Of a stretch of 64,000 nt of DNA, positions 18,351 through 27,879 are shown one piece after another. Position numbers and translations under genes: made by a program. Source of the DNA: an uncultured Gemmatimonadales bacterium (GTDB lineage Bacteria > Gemmatimonadota > Gemmatimonadetes > Gemmatimonadales > GWC2-71-9); NCBI GenBank assembly GCA_963828735.1, contig CAWHFW010000005.1, forward strand, positions 1,696,001 through 1,760,000, in the 5' to 3' direction. Each line of letters begins with the position of its first letter. Positions within the stretch are counted from its first letter, which is position 1. The notes under the pieces are model-generated. The model was not told where the DNA came from. It saw only the letters and a program-made list of their open reading frames with translations, and did not search any database.

Positions 18351-19559
18351 TTACCCCGAGCGCACGCGAAGCGTCGGCGTGGTGATGTTGTCGTACACCT
18401 TCACTCTGGCGTCACCTCCCGCGACCCGAATCGCCGCAGGCGGCGCGGCTCCGTTGATGGCCTTGATCGTGTTGCCATGGATACGAACGCGACCCAGCGG
18501 GCGGGTATCCACGTCGATGCCATACTGCGTTATAGCCGCGCCATCGAGCAGAATCAGATTGTCGTAGACGTCATCCCCACCAAGCACCGCGGGCGTCGTC
18601 CACCGGATGGCCGCGCCGCCAGGGGTGGTGCGACGGATCACGTTGTCGGCAATCACGAATCGCCCTCCGCCATCGATTCGGACGGCATCCGCGCCGGACG
18701 CCACCTCCAGCATCACGTTGCCGACGATCGTGCAGTCGCTGGCCGTCCCCAGCGCGATGTGCCGGTCGCTGCCCGCGCGAATGGCGTTGACGCGGACCGT
18801 GCAGTGCCGCGTGCCGTCCCGCAGCGCGATCCCCACGCCGTCCGCATTCTCGATCGTGTTGTCCGCGACGGTGCATGACTCCGACCCGGCGAGGCTGACC
18901 CCGTGGCAGCCCAGGGTTGTCCCCGGCACCCGCCCGACATTGCGCAGGTGGTTCTGGTGGTACACCGAGTGCGCGCAGCCGGCGGAGTAGATGCCATGCT
19001 CGCCCGTTCCGTCCACCACGTTGCCCATCAGGGTGTTCCGTGAGCCGTCGTCGACAATGGCGGTGCCCGGCGCATTCAGGATGCGACAGTCGGTCACGAC
19101 GCAGTGGATGCTGCCGCCGTCGAGATGGATCGTGCCCCGCCCGCCGACGGCCTGCACGCCCGTACCCTCGATGGTCAATCCCTGGAATCGCAGGTGGCTG
19201 AAGCTGTTGCTGTCGAGCAGGCGGTCGAGCAGTGTCGTGGCGACGAGACGTGAGCCGCCGAGCCCGACGAGCTCGGTCCGGTCGCCGCGGATCCCGAGGG
19301 TAGCGCTGAAGGGGTATGTGCCCGGCGGAAGCAGCACGGTTCCCCCCACGGCCCCGGCGGCGCTGAAGGCACGCTGGAGGGCGGCCGTGTCGTCGGTCGC
19401 CCCGTCGCCCCTGGCCCCCAGGTCTCTCACGTTGAAGACCGCCGCCGACCCCTGCAGATAGTCCAGCGTTCGCGGGACCCGGAGGTCCGGAGGTTTCCGG
19501 ATGAGCTCCGACGTACCTCTCGGCTGCCTCAGCCACTCCAATCCAGCGTCCAGCTGCAA
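18351..19559 (-). CDS. Right-handed parallel beta-helix protein (pectate-lyase-3 superfamily)
   Basis: FNVRDLGARGDGATDDTAALQRA, LPPGTY, repeated N.I..N units. Start uncertain (TTG 19559 chosen). Confidence 0.8.
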   Translation of the reverse strand: MQLDAGLEWLRQPRGTSELIRKPPDLRVPRTLDYLQGSAAVFNVRDLGARGDGATDDTAALQRAFSAAGAVGGTVLLPPGTYPFSATLGIRGDRTELVGLGGSRLVATTLLDRLLDSNSFSHLRFQGLTIEGTGVQAVGGRGTIHLDGGSIHCVVTDCRILNAPGTAIVDDGSRNTLMGNVVDGTGEHGIYSAGCAHSVYHQNHLRNVGRVPGTTLGCHGVSLAGSESCTVADNTIENADGVGIALRDGTRHCTVRVNAIRAGSDRHIALGTASDCTIVGNVMLEVASGADAVRIDGGGRFVIADNVIRRTTPGGAAIRWTTPAVLGGDDVYDNLILLDGAAITQYGIDVDTRPLGRVRIHGNTIKAINGAAPPAAIRVAGGDARVKVYDNITTPTLRVRSG

Positions 19560-19704
19560 CCGCTCCTGCCTTCCTATCAGTGGTCCCGGTCCGGGGGCGG
19601 GGCACGACGGACCAGTCGCAGAGGGGAAGGTCGCAATATCACGACCGGCGGGCCGGATGCCAGCCCTGGGGGCGCCAATCGGCCGAGCATGCGGGATCAT
19701 CGGG

Positions 19705-19839
19705 GTGATCCTGGACGCCCTGAAGCCCACCTACCTGGCGCTCTCGGTGGTGCTGCTGCTCGTCGCGTTGCTCGCGACCTACCTCCCCGCGCGGCGGGCG
19801 ACGCGGGTCGACCCCTCGATCACGCTGCGCGCGGAGTAG
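19705..19839 (+). pseudogene. Orphan C-terminal fragment of a MacB/FtsX (ADOP-type) ABC permease
   Basis: PTYLALSVVLLLVALLATYLPARRATRVDPSITLRAE* is the canonical permease terminus, with no upstream gene body. Confidence 0.7.
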
Positions 19840-19935
19840 CGGCGGAGGGCGGGATGCGTTGTCGAATGGGGAGAGTCGTGTGGGCAGCGGGGCGCACAGG
19901 TGCGGCCGGGAGCCGCACCTGTGACCGCCAAGAAA

Positions 19936-20460
19936 CTAACGGCCGCTTCGGGCCGTGACCCGCTCGCCCTCGGCCGCGCGCTTCAGCGCGTCGATGTCGA
20001 TCTTCTTCATCTGGAGCATCGCTTCCATGACGCGACCCGCCTTCTCGCGATCGGGATCGGCCATCAGCTCTTCGAGGACGACCGGCACGACCTGCCAGGA
20101 CAGGCCGAACTTGTCCTTGAGCCACCCGCACTGCTGGGCCGTCACGTCGCCGCCGGCGCCGAGACGTTCCCAGTAGTAGTCCACCTCCTGCTGCGTCTCG
20201 CAGTTGATCTGGAAGGAGATGGCCTCGTTGAAGGTGAAGATCGGCCCGCCGTTGAGCGCCGTGAACGTCTGTCCCTCCAGCTCGAATTCGACGACCATGA
20301 CCGAGCCCGGCGGACGGTGGTGAACCTCCTGTCCGGCCTCACCATATCGCGAGATCCGACCGATCTTCGAATTCTTGAAGATGCTCGTGTAATACCGAGC
20401 CGCTGCTTCGGCCTGGTCGTCGAACCACAGGCATGGGGTGACTTTCTGAATGCGTGCCAT
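19936..20460 (-). CDS. VOC family protein (3-demethylubiquinone-9 3-methyltransferase-like/PhnB)
   Basis: KVTPCLWFD, ALNGGP, CETQQEVDYYW, CGWLKDKFGLSWQVVP. Confidence 0.92.
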   Translation of the reverse strand: MARIQKVTPCLWFDDQAEAAARYYTSIFKNSKIGRISRYGEAGQEVHHRPPGSVMVVEFELEGQTFTALNGGPIFTFNEAISFQINCETQQEVDYYWERLGAGGDVTAQQCGWLKDKFGLSWQVVPVVLEELMADPDREKAGRVMEAMLQMKKIDIDALKRAAEGERVTARSGR

Positions 20461-20739
20461 GATCAGCTCCTGTTCGGATTGGCCTCGGGTTGGCGACACC
20501 ATAGGCCGGAGGTAGGCATGGTGAGGTGATGCAAATCACCGATGCGTGCCTTCGTACCGACCGCAACTGCGAGGGTGGGTACGCTCGTGCGCACAATTGT
20601 CCCGGCGCTCTCGTCTGATCATTATGATGGTCGGATGATTACGGCCATCCCATTGCGATCCAGGGACGACTTTGTGCCGGAAACAGTTGGGCGCGGACAC
20701 CGGCCCTGCCAGTGGCGTTCGCTCGAGGTACGGCGACTG

Positions 20740-23037
20740 GTGTGGACCACGCTCGTCGCCGTGCTCGCGGTGGCGCATCCGCTGGCCGCCCAGCGCGTCG
20801 CGATTCCAAGCGGCGCATTCGGCGATTCGGCGGCGCGTGCGGCGGCGGTCCCGCGCCTGGCCGAGGCGGCGGCCGCATCCTACCAGAATCCCGACCCTGT
20901 TAGGCGGCTCGACAACCTGTTCCGGCTCCACATTCTCGCCGGCCGCTTCGACGAGGCGGCGGCGGCGCTCCGGGAGTGGCGCACTCATTGGATGGTGGCG
21001 GCGGGAGACTCCTCGCCCCGCACGCGCGCGGTCAACGCGCAGTACGAGATCTACGTGCGGTCCAAGCAGTTGCAGGCGAGCCACGGGATTCCCTCCGCCG
21101 AGGCATTCCAGCGGGCCTTCCGGGAGTGGTTCGCCCGACTCGACGATCGAACCGCGGCGCTCGTGGCGCGCGCGCTCAGCATCCCCCCGCAGCCTTTCCC
21201 GGCCGCCCCCGACTCGGTGGGGCAGGGTCCCGACTCGATGACCATGCCGGTAGCGGATGCCGTCGCGTGGCTCCGCGCCGAGCAGATCGCGGAGACGTAT
21301 CGCGACATCGACGGGCTCGCGACGCCCCTCGTGCGGGAGGACGACCAGCATCGGTACCTGATCGCCACCGACCTTCGCGTGCCAACGCCGGACGGCGCGA
21401 CGGTATGCGCCATGGTGTGGCGGCCGCGCGCGGGCCCGGCGCGTCTGCCGGCGCTGCTCCAGTTCACCATCTATGCGGATACGGTGCCCCTGATCGGCGA
21501 GTCGAGGCGAACGGCCTCGAACGGCTACGCCGCGGTCATGGGCTTCACGCGCGGCAAGGCCTGTAGCCCCGACACCCCCGTGCCGTACGTCCACGACGGC
21601 GCGGACGCCGCGGCGCTGGTCGAGTGGATCAGCCGGCAGCCGTGGAGTGACGGCCGCGTGGGCATGTACGGTGGCAGCTACTCGGGCATGACGCCGTGGG
21701 CGGCCGCGAAGCACCGGCCGCCCGCGCTCAAGGCGATCATGGTCGGCGCGCCCGTGGCGCCGGCGCTCGACGTGCCCATGGAAGGCAACGTGGTATGGAA
21801 CTTCGTCTACCCGTGGCCCTTCTATACCACCAACGTGAAGGCCCTCGACGACTCAACGTACAACGACCGTGACCGATGGAGACGGCTCGACCGCCAGTGG
21901 TACGCGAGCGGGCGCGCCTACCGCGATCTCGACCGCATCGACGGGACTCCCAATCCGATCTGGGATGAATGGCTGGCGCACCCGACGTACGACGCGTACT
22001 GGCAGGCCATGATACCCTACGGCAAGGAGTTCGCGGACATCAGGATCCCGGTGCTCCAGACGGCGGGGTACTACTATGGTGGGCCGGGCGCCGCGGTCCA
22101 CTACCTCACGCAGCACTACAAGTACAACCCGCGCGCCGAGCACTACCTGGTCATCGGTCCGTACGACCACTTCCAGGCCCAGCGCGGCGTCGTCAACGCG
22201 CTCGCCGACACCGCCACCGTCCTCTTCGGCTACGAGATCGATCCCGCCGCGAGAATCGACATCGTGGGTGACCTGCGCTATCAGTGGTTCGACCACGTGC
22301 TCAAGGGGAAACCCAGGCCGGCCCTGCTCGCGGACAAGGTGAACTACGAGGTGGTGGGAGCGAACCGCTGGAAGCACGCTCCGTCGATCGCCGGGATGTC
22401 GAATGGCACGCGGCGCTTCTACCTGAGCGCGGAGCGCGCCGATTCGGCGTATCGCCTCGCGACCGAACCTCCGTCGGGCAAGGCGAGCACCACGCTGACG
22501 GTGAACCTGGCCGACCGCTCGGACAGCGACCGGATCGTTCCGGGCGGCGGCGTGGCGGACACCGCGATCGACACCGCCAACGCGCTGGTGTTCTCCAGCG
22601 ACCCCCTGACGGCGCCGATGGAGGTGAGCGGGCTCTTCTCCGGGCACCTCGTCGTCCTCGCCAACAAGAAGGATTTCGACTTCGGCATCAGCATCTACGA
22701 GCGGAGAAAGGACGGCACCTATCTGCAGTTGCCGCCCTACCAGGCGCGGGCGAGCCATGTGGAGAGCCCCACGCACCGGAGGCTGCTCACGCCCGGCGCG
22801 CGGGCGCGCCTCGACTTCATGAGCGTGCGCCTCGCGAGCCACCTCTGCCAGGCGGGGAGCCGGTTCATCGTGGTGCTCGGCATCCTCAAGAGCCCGGGCC
22901 AGCAGATCAACTATGGGACCGGCAAGGAGGTGAGTGACGAGACCATCGCGGACGCGGGTCCGCCGCTCTCCGTCACCTGGTTCGGTGACAGCTACATCGA
23001 GCTGCCGGTCTCGCGCCCAGGGTCCGAGGCGAAATAG
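20740..23037 (+). CDS. CocE/NonD family secreted serine hydrolase (peptidase S15-like)
   Basis: WSDGRVGMYGGSYSG, IGPYDH, PepX C-terminal-like domain. Start estimated from GAGG plus signal peptide. Confidence 0.88.
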   Translation: MWTTLVAVLAVAHPLAAQRVAIPSGAFGDSAARAAAVPRLAEAAAASYQNPDPVRRLDNLFRLHILAGRFDEAAAALREWRTHWMVAAGDSSPRTRAVNAQYEIYVRSKQLQASHGIPSAEAFQRAFREWFARLDDRTAALVARALSIPPQPFPAAPDSVGQGPDSMTMPVADAVAWLRAEQIAETYRDIDGLATPLVREDDQHRYLIATDLRVPTPDGATVCAMVWRPRAGPARLPALLQFTIYADTVPLIGESRRTASNGYAAVMGFTRGKACSPDTPVPYVHDGADAAALVEWISRQPWSDGRVGMYGGSYSGMTPWAAAKHRPPALKAIMVGAPVAPALDVPMEGNVVWNFVYPWPFYTTNVKALDDSTYNDRDRWRRLDRQWYASGRAYRDLDRIDGTPNPIWDEWLAHPTYDAYWQAMIPYGKEFADIRIPVLQTAGYYYGGPGAAVHYLTQHYKYNPRAEHYLVIGPYDHFQAQRGVVNALADTATVLFGYEIDPAARIDIVGDLRYQWFDHVLKGKPRPALLADKVNYEVVGANRWKHAPSIAGMSNGTRRFYLSAERADSAYRLATEPPSGKASTTLTVNLADRSDSDRIVPGGGVADTAIDTANALVFSSDPLTAPMEVSGLFSGHLVVLANKKDFDFGISIYERRKDGTYLQLPPYQARASHVESPTHRRLLTPGARARLDFMSVRLASHLCQAGSRFIVVLGILKSPGQQINYGTGKEVSDETIADAGPPLSVTWFGDSYIELPVSRPGSEAK

Positions 23038-23176
23038 GTCGAGGTCACTCGAAGCGAGGAGGTGTCCGGCGTGACGCGCTGGACGGCATAGATTGCATCA
23101 TCACTGAGCTCGTGCGATGCGTCGGAGCGGCCCTTCGCGGCCACCGTGCCCGTTCCTCTCTCGAAAGGAGTCGGCG

Positions 23177-23674
23177 ATGCTCGTCAACATCACCACGTTC
23201 ACCCTGATTCACACCATCCTGAGCGTCATAGGCATCATCGCCGGGGCGGTGGTTGCCGGGGGTCTGGTGGCCGGCCGCCGGCTCGACGGCTGGACCGGTG
23301 TGTTCCTCACCACCACGGTTCTCACGAACGTGACGGCGTTCGGCTTTCCCTTCGTGAAGTTCATGCCGTCGCATGGGGTCGGGATCATCTCGCTCGTGGT
23401 TCTCCCGATCGTGATCGCGGCGCGCTACTGGAAGCATCTGGCCGGCGGCTGGGGCACCGTGTTCGTGGGCGGATCGGTGTTGGCGCTGTATTTCAACGCG
23501 TTCGTGCTCGTCGCGCAGCTCTTTCATCGCATCCCGGCGCTCATCGTGCTGGCCCCGACGCAGAGCGAGCCGCCCTTCCTAGTGACGCAGCTGCTCGTGC
23601 TCGTCCTGTTCGTGTGGCTCGGGCGAGCCGCGCTCAAGGGCTTCTCCGCGGACGCGGCGGCCCGGGCGGGATGA
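23177..23674 (+). CDS. Hypothetical integral membrane protein
   Basis: AAGGAG RBS, about 5 TM helices, HTILS, YFNAFVLVAQLF, APTQSEPPF. Confidence 0.8.
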   Translation: MLVNITTFTLIHTILSVIGIIAGAVVAGGLVAGRRLDGWTGVFLTTTVLTNVTAFGFPFVKFMPSHGVGIISLVVLPIVIAARYWKHLAGGWGTVFVGGSVLALYFNAFVLVAQLFHRIPALIVLAPTQSEPPFLVTQLLVLVLFVWLGRAALKGFSADAAARAG

Positions 23675-24129
23675 CCGGTCGGGCGCTCGATCCGAAGAAT
23701 CCCGACTTCGCGGCCGTCGTGCGCGCGAGCTTCGGCCGGCAGAACTTCATGGCGACGCTCGGCGCGAGCATCGCGCACCTGTCGCCCGGCGAGGTTCACC
23801 TGCGCCTTCCCTACTCGCCGGCCTTGTGCCAGCAGAACGGGTTCCTGCACGCCGGAGCGGTCGCGAGCGTCGCCGACTCGGCCAACGGCTACGCCGCGCT
23901 CACGCTCGCGCCCGCCGACACTGACGTGCTCGCCGTCGAGTTCAAGATCAACCTCCTTTCGCCCGCGCGCGGGGAGGAGTTCCTCGCGCGCGCGCGCGTG
24001 CTCCGCGCGGGACGCACCCTGACCGTGTGCCTCGCCGACGTTGTGGCGATTGCGAGCGCCGGCGAGACGCCGATCGCGACGATGCTGTCCACCATCATCG
24101 TCCGTCCGAGGACGTCCGCGGCCGGCTGA
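23671..24129 (+). CDS. PaaI family thioesterase
   Basis: ATGA overlap, QQNGFLHAG..ADSANG, VEFKINLLSPA. Confidence 0.9.
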   Translation: MTGRALDPKNPDFAAVVRASFGRQNFMATLGASIAHLSPGEVHLRLPYSPALCQQNGFLHAGAVASVADSANGYAALTLAPADTDVLAVEFKINLLSPARGEEFLARARVLRAGRTLTVCLADVVAIASAGETPIATMLSTIIVRPRTSAAG

Positions 24130-24171
24130 CCACCGGCGGCCGGAGGGCCGCCCCATCGAATCGGGAACCTC

Positions 24172-24200
24172 TTGCTCCTCGCGGGCCGAGGATGCACACT
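24172..24200 (+). promoter_or_regulatory. Putative sigma70 promoter for the long leader of CDS 24368
   Basis: TTGCTC (24172-24177), 17 nt, CACACT (24195-24200). Confidence 0.4.
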
Positions 24201-24203
24201 AGG

Positions 24204-24367
24204 AGCGGCGCCCGATCCGCGCCGAACCTCGTCGGCTCCGCCCCAGCCGGGCCCTCGCGAGGCAAAGGGGGGTACACCCTCGGATCCGTCTGCTTCGATC
24301 CTTTGGGACGCCACGGGCGTCGCCGCTGGGGGGCGTGTCGCCCGTGGCCCAACCAAAGGGCCCTCCG
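24204..24367 (+). ncRNA. Candidate structured cis-regulatory 5' UTR (riboswitch-like)
   Basis: Mutually exclusive helices, one of which sequesters the RBS (see findings). Confidence 0.45.
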
Positions 24368-25033
24368 ATGACCACCGATAAGGACTTCAAGCGCCTCGTT
24401 CGCGCCCGCATGCAGAAGACGGGCGGGTCGTATACCGCCGCCCGCGCGCAGCTCAAACGGGAGCCGTCTCGCTCGACCGCTGACTACGCTCGGCTCGCCG
24501 GCCGGACCGACGCGATCATCAAGGCCAGGACGGGCTGTACATGGGAGCGCTGGGTCGCCGCGCTCGATCACGCCGGCGCCCACACGTGGTCGCATCGCGA
24601 GATCGCGACCTATGTCCACGAGAAGTTCAAGATTCCCGGCTGGTGGGCCCAGGCGGTGACCGTGGGATACGAACGGATCAAGGGGCTACGAACCATCGGC
24701 CAGCGACGGAACGGCGCGTTCGAGGCTTCGAAGAGCCGCACGTTCGCCGTGCCGCTCGCGCGCCTTTACGGCGCCTTTCACGACCCGCGCATCCGCGGGC
24801 GCTGGCTTCCCGGCGTGGAGCTCATGGTTCGGAGCGCGACACGCGGGAAGTACATGCGAATCGCCTGGCCCGACCACACCTCCGTTGCCGTGGGGTTCCT
24901 GAGCAAGGGCACGGCAAAGAGCCAGGTCGCCATCGCGCACGAGAAACTGCCGGACCAGGCGTCCGCGAAACGCGCGAAGGAATACTGGTCGGAGCGGCTG
25001 GATGCGCTGAAGGAGATCCTGGCCGCGAGATAG
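24368..25033 (+). CDS. Hypothetical protein (basic N-terminal helix, DUF4287-like and SRPBCC-like regions)
   Basis: DFKRLVRARMQKTGGSYTAAR, TG.TWERW, GWWAQAVTVGYER, HEKL..K.YW. Confidence 0.75.
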   Translation: MTTDKDFKRLVRARMQKTGGSYTAARAQLKREPSRSTADYARLAGRTDAIIKARTGCTWERWVAALDHAGAHTWSHREIATYVHEKFKIPGWWAQAVTVGYERIKGLRTIGQRRNGAFEASKSRTFAVPLARLYGAFHDPRIRGRWLPGVELMVRSATRGKYMRIAWPDHTSVAVGFLSKGTAKSQVAIAHEKLPDQASAKRAKEYWSERLDALKEILAAR

Positions 25034-25043
25034 CGAGTATCGA

Positions 25044-25077
25044 GGATTCCGCCGGCGGTTGCGAGCCGGCGGGATCC
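25044..25077. terminator. Hairpin between convergent genes
   Basis: GGATTCCGCCGGC / GCCGGCGGGATCC stem. Confidence 0.45.
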
Positions 25078-25111
25078 CTCGCGGTGCCGTGAGCGGTACC
25101 CTCCGTGGGGT

Positions 25112-25624
25112 CTATGGTCTGGGGCGCGCGCTCGGCGCGGCCGTGAACACGCCCCTGACGGTGAGCTCCCGGTCCTCGTCCGCCGTGTTCGCGGCCTCGA
25201 ACCCGACCGCCTCCATCTCGAAGTGCCCCGCCATGAAGTCGTCGCGCGACTCGGTCACCGTGAGCGTGCCGCCGCGCGCCCGGAACACGCCGGTCGGCTG
25301 CGTGGGCGAGCCGGTCACGACCATGGCGTGGGTGACGCCTTCTCCTGCGGGCCCGATTTGGTAGACGCCGGGCTTCGGTCGTGTCCCACCGGGCTGGGTA
25401 AACAGGACCGCGCCCATGGGCGAATCGGCGCCGAGGGTCAGCACGAACGGCGCGGGATCGGCAGTGCCGGAGGCCCCGGAGCCAAACTCGGCGGCACCTC
25501 GCAGGGTGAGCAGCTTGTCTCCCGTCGTGCGGGCCTCGAACCAGGAGGGCCTCGCGGCGCCGACCGCCAGCGTCGCGGCCAGCGTGTAGAGCAGGAGGGC
25601 GGGGAGCATCGGCTTCGCGTTCAT
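25112..25624 (-). CDS. Hypothetical secreted protein
   Basis: GGAGA RBS, signal peptide, beta-rich GTLTVT..G.F pattern. Confidence 0.7.
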   Translation of the reverse strand: MNAKPMLPALLLYTLAATLAVGAARPSWFEARTTGDKLLTLRGAAEFGSGASGTADPAPFVLTLGADSPMGAVLFTQPGGTRPKPGVYQIGPAGEGVTHAMVVTGSPTQPTGVFRARGGTLTVTESRDDFMAGHFEMEAVGFEAANTADEDRELTVRGVFTAAPSARPRP

Positions 25625-25785
25625 GTGGATCTCCGAGGGTACCGGCTGCGTGGGCGTTCGTCGTCTCGTGGTGGGTATACGCAGGCGGGACGACGGGTGT
25701 CTCACGGAGGGTGGAAACCGAAAGCCGGAAGCGTCGTGGCTTCCGGCCTTGGGTGGCGCTCGATCGCGTGCTTACGGGGTGCTGC

Positions 25786-26340
25786 TCAGTCCCACTTCAC
25801 TCGATACCGGCAGACCTTCCCACCTTTCGCCCGGCACTCCTCCTCCACGATCTTCACGCCCGCGGCGCCACACATCTCGAGCGCCCGCTTGTACCACCCC
25901 ACCACGGTGAGGCAATCCGGCGCGCTGAACGTTTCCGCGTCGTAGGTGGTGAACACGCCCTCCTTCGGTCCCACCTCCGTGTACTCGCGGCGCCCAGTCT
26001 CGTAGTACAGGGAATAGAAGGAGGGTGACTTGGCCAGGAAGCCGTGGGGATCGCCCTTGGTCAGGTAGCCGCTGTGCACGCCCGACAGGTTCTTCTCCGC
26101 CGACGCGGCCCCCAACCGCTCGAAGAACGCCGGCTTCCCGCCGCCCAGGACGCGGACGATCGCGTCATCGAGCGTCTTGCCGAGCTCGAACGGGTACCAG
26201 TTGGAGGTGAACAGCATTCTCAGCGTGCGCTGGTCGCCGTCCGGAAGGGAGGCGAGGACCTGCTGGAGCCCGTCCTTGCCGAAGTTCTCCTCCGCGAAGG
26301 CGAGCCGAGACTTGAGCACGGCTCCTTTGATCTGCTGCAC
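25786..26340 (-). CDS. DUF2378/TIGR02265-like V4R-fold protein
   Basis: GGGAG RBS with GTG start, IKG, WYP, C-terminal EEECRAKGGKVCRYRVKW. Confidence 0.7.
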   Translation of the reverse strand: MQQIKGAVLKSRLAFAEENFGKDGLQQVLASLPDGDQRTLRMLFTSNWYPFELGKTLDDAIVRVLGGGKPAFFERLGAASAEKNLSGVHSGYLTKGDPHGFLAKSPSFYSLYYETGRREYTEVGPKEGVFTTYDAETFSAPDCLTVVGWYKRALEMCGAAGVKIVEEECRAKGGKVCRYRVKWD

Positions 26341-26445
26341 GCTTGCTCCCGTTGGAAAAAGGCCTCCAACGTAGAGTTGGTTCATGGGCGCGCGCAAGCG
26401 GGGCCGTCGGTAGGTTTGGGAATCCCTTCTCCGGTGAGGCGAGCG

Positions 26446-27834
26446 ATGACCGGTCGGGCCATAGGAGCGTACGTCTCGGCGCCGCTCACGCTGGCGGACG
26501 CCGCGCTGTTCACCGATCTCTATGAGCTCACGATGGCCGCCGCTTTCCTTCGCGAGAATGTGTCGGGCACGGCGACCTTCAGTCTGTTCGTGCGCCGGCT
26601 GCCGGCCGAGCGCGGGTTCCTGGTCGCCGCCGGGCTCGAGGACGCGCTCGAATATCTCCACGCGTTCAGGTTCTCCAGCGCGGCGATCGACTACCTCTTC
26701 TCCCTCGGCCGGTTCGAGGCCGCGTTCCTGGACCAGCTTCCGAGCCTTCGGTTCACCGGCGACGTGCGCGCCGTGGCCGAAGGCACCGTCCTGTTCGCCG
26801 ATGAGCCCCTGCTCGAGGTCACCGGTCCGATCCTCGAGGCGCAGCTCGTGGAGACCGCGCTGCTCAATCTGCTTCACGTCCAGACCGTGCTCGCGAGCAA
26901 GGCGGCGCGGTCGGTGCTGGCGGCCGGTGGCCGGACGCTGGCGGAATTCGGACTGCGCCGGAGCCACGGCACCGACGCGGGCATGAAGGCCGCGCGCGCG
27001 GCCGTCCTCGCGGGTTTCGATTCGACCAGCAACGTGCTCGCCGGGCGAACCTGGGGTGTGCCGCTGTCGGGTACCATGGCCCACTCGTTCGTGACGGCCT
27101 TTCCCCGGGAAGGTGAGGCGTTCCGCGCCTACGCGCGCGCGTTTCCCGACGCCGCCGTGCTGCTGCTCGACACGTACGACACGCTGGCGGCGGCCCGCGA
27201 GGCGGTCGCGGTCGCTCGCGAGCTCGCCGCGGACGGCCACCGGCTCGCGGGCGTCCGGCTCGACAGCGGGGACTTGGGCACGCTGAGCCGCGAGGTGCGC
27301 GCGATCCTCGACGTCGGCGGGTGTCGCGACGTGAAGATCCTGGTGAGCGGCGGGCTCGACGAGCACGACATCGCCGGGCTGCTCGAGGGCGGCGCGCCGA
27401 TCGACGGCTTCGGCATCGGTACCCGGCTCACCACGTCGGCGGATGCGCCGTCGCTCGACCTCGTGTACAAGCTGGTGCGGTTCGGGGAGCGCGACGTGCT
27501 CAAGCTGAGCCCGGGGAAGGGAACGTGGGTCGGCGCCAAGCAGGTGATCCGCCACGTCGGCACCGACGGTCGGATGGGTGGAGACACGCTGGCGCTGGCG
27601 GAGGAGCCGATCGGGCGGGACATGGTCGGGTTGCTCGAGCCGGTGATGCGCGGCGGTGAGCTGCTGCGCGCGCACCCGACCCTCGCGGACATCCGTGGAC
27701 GCTGCGCGGCGCAGCTCGCGATGCTGCCGGACGGGGTACGACGCCTGACGGAGCCGGATGTGTACCCCGTCACGCCGAGCCAGCGGCTTCGGGAGCGACA
27801 GCGGGCGGCGGAGCAGGCGATCGGACGGCGGTGA
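26446..27834 (+). CDS. pncB: Nicotinate phosphoribosyltransferase
   Basis: LFTDLYELTM, EFGLRR, TSNV, GTMAHS, LLDTYD, RLDSGD, SGGLDE, FGIGT, VYKLV. Confidence 0.95.
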   Translation: MTGRAIGAYVSAPLTLADAALFTDLYELTMAAAFLRENVSGTATFSLFVRRLPAERGFLVAAGLEDALEYLHAFRFSSAAIDYLFSLGRFEAAFLDQLPSLRFTGDVRAVAEGTVLFADEPLLEVTGPILEAQLVETALLNLLHVQTVLASKAARSVLAAGGRTLAEFGLRRSHGTDAGMKAARAAVLAGFDSTSNVLAGRTWGVPLSGTMAHSFVTAFPREGEAFRAYARAFPDAAVLLLDTYDTLAAAREAVAVARELAADGHRLAGVRLDSGDLGTLSREVRAILDVGGCRDVKILVSGGLDEHDIAGLLEGGAPIDGFGIGTRLTTSADAPSLDLVYKLVRFGERDVLKLSPGKGTWVGAKQVIRHVGTDGRMGGDTLALAEEPIGRDMVGLLEPVMRGGELLRAHPTLADIRGRCAAQLAMLPDGVRRLTEPDVYPVTPSQRLRERQRAAEQAIGRR

Positions 27835-27837
27835 CGT

Positions 27838-27863
27838 GGGCTCGGCCGTCCTCGACCGAGCCC
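27838..27863. terminator. Hairpin between convergent pncB and TonB-receptor genes
   Basis: GGGCTCGG / CCGAGCCC stem. Confidence 0.4.
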
Positions 27864-27879
27864 GTCCTTCCTTGTCGGC

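Noticed and set aside
26381..26416. TTCA-type promoter for pncB
   Set aside because: A single TTCA is 3 nt out of register with the TAGGTT -10, so pncB is not counted in the regulon.
26341..27675. N-terminal 445 codons of ORF 25786-27675
   Set aside because: Overlaps pncB antisense; an RBS and GTG at 26340 explain the real gene.
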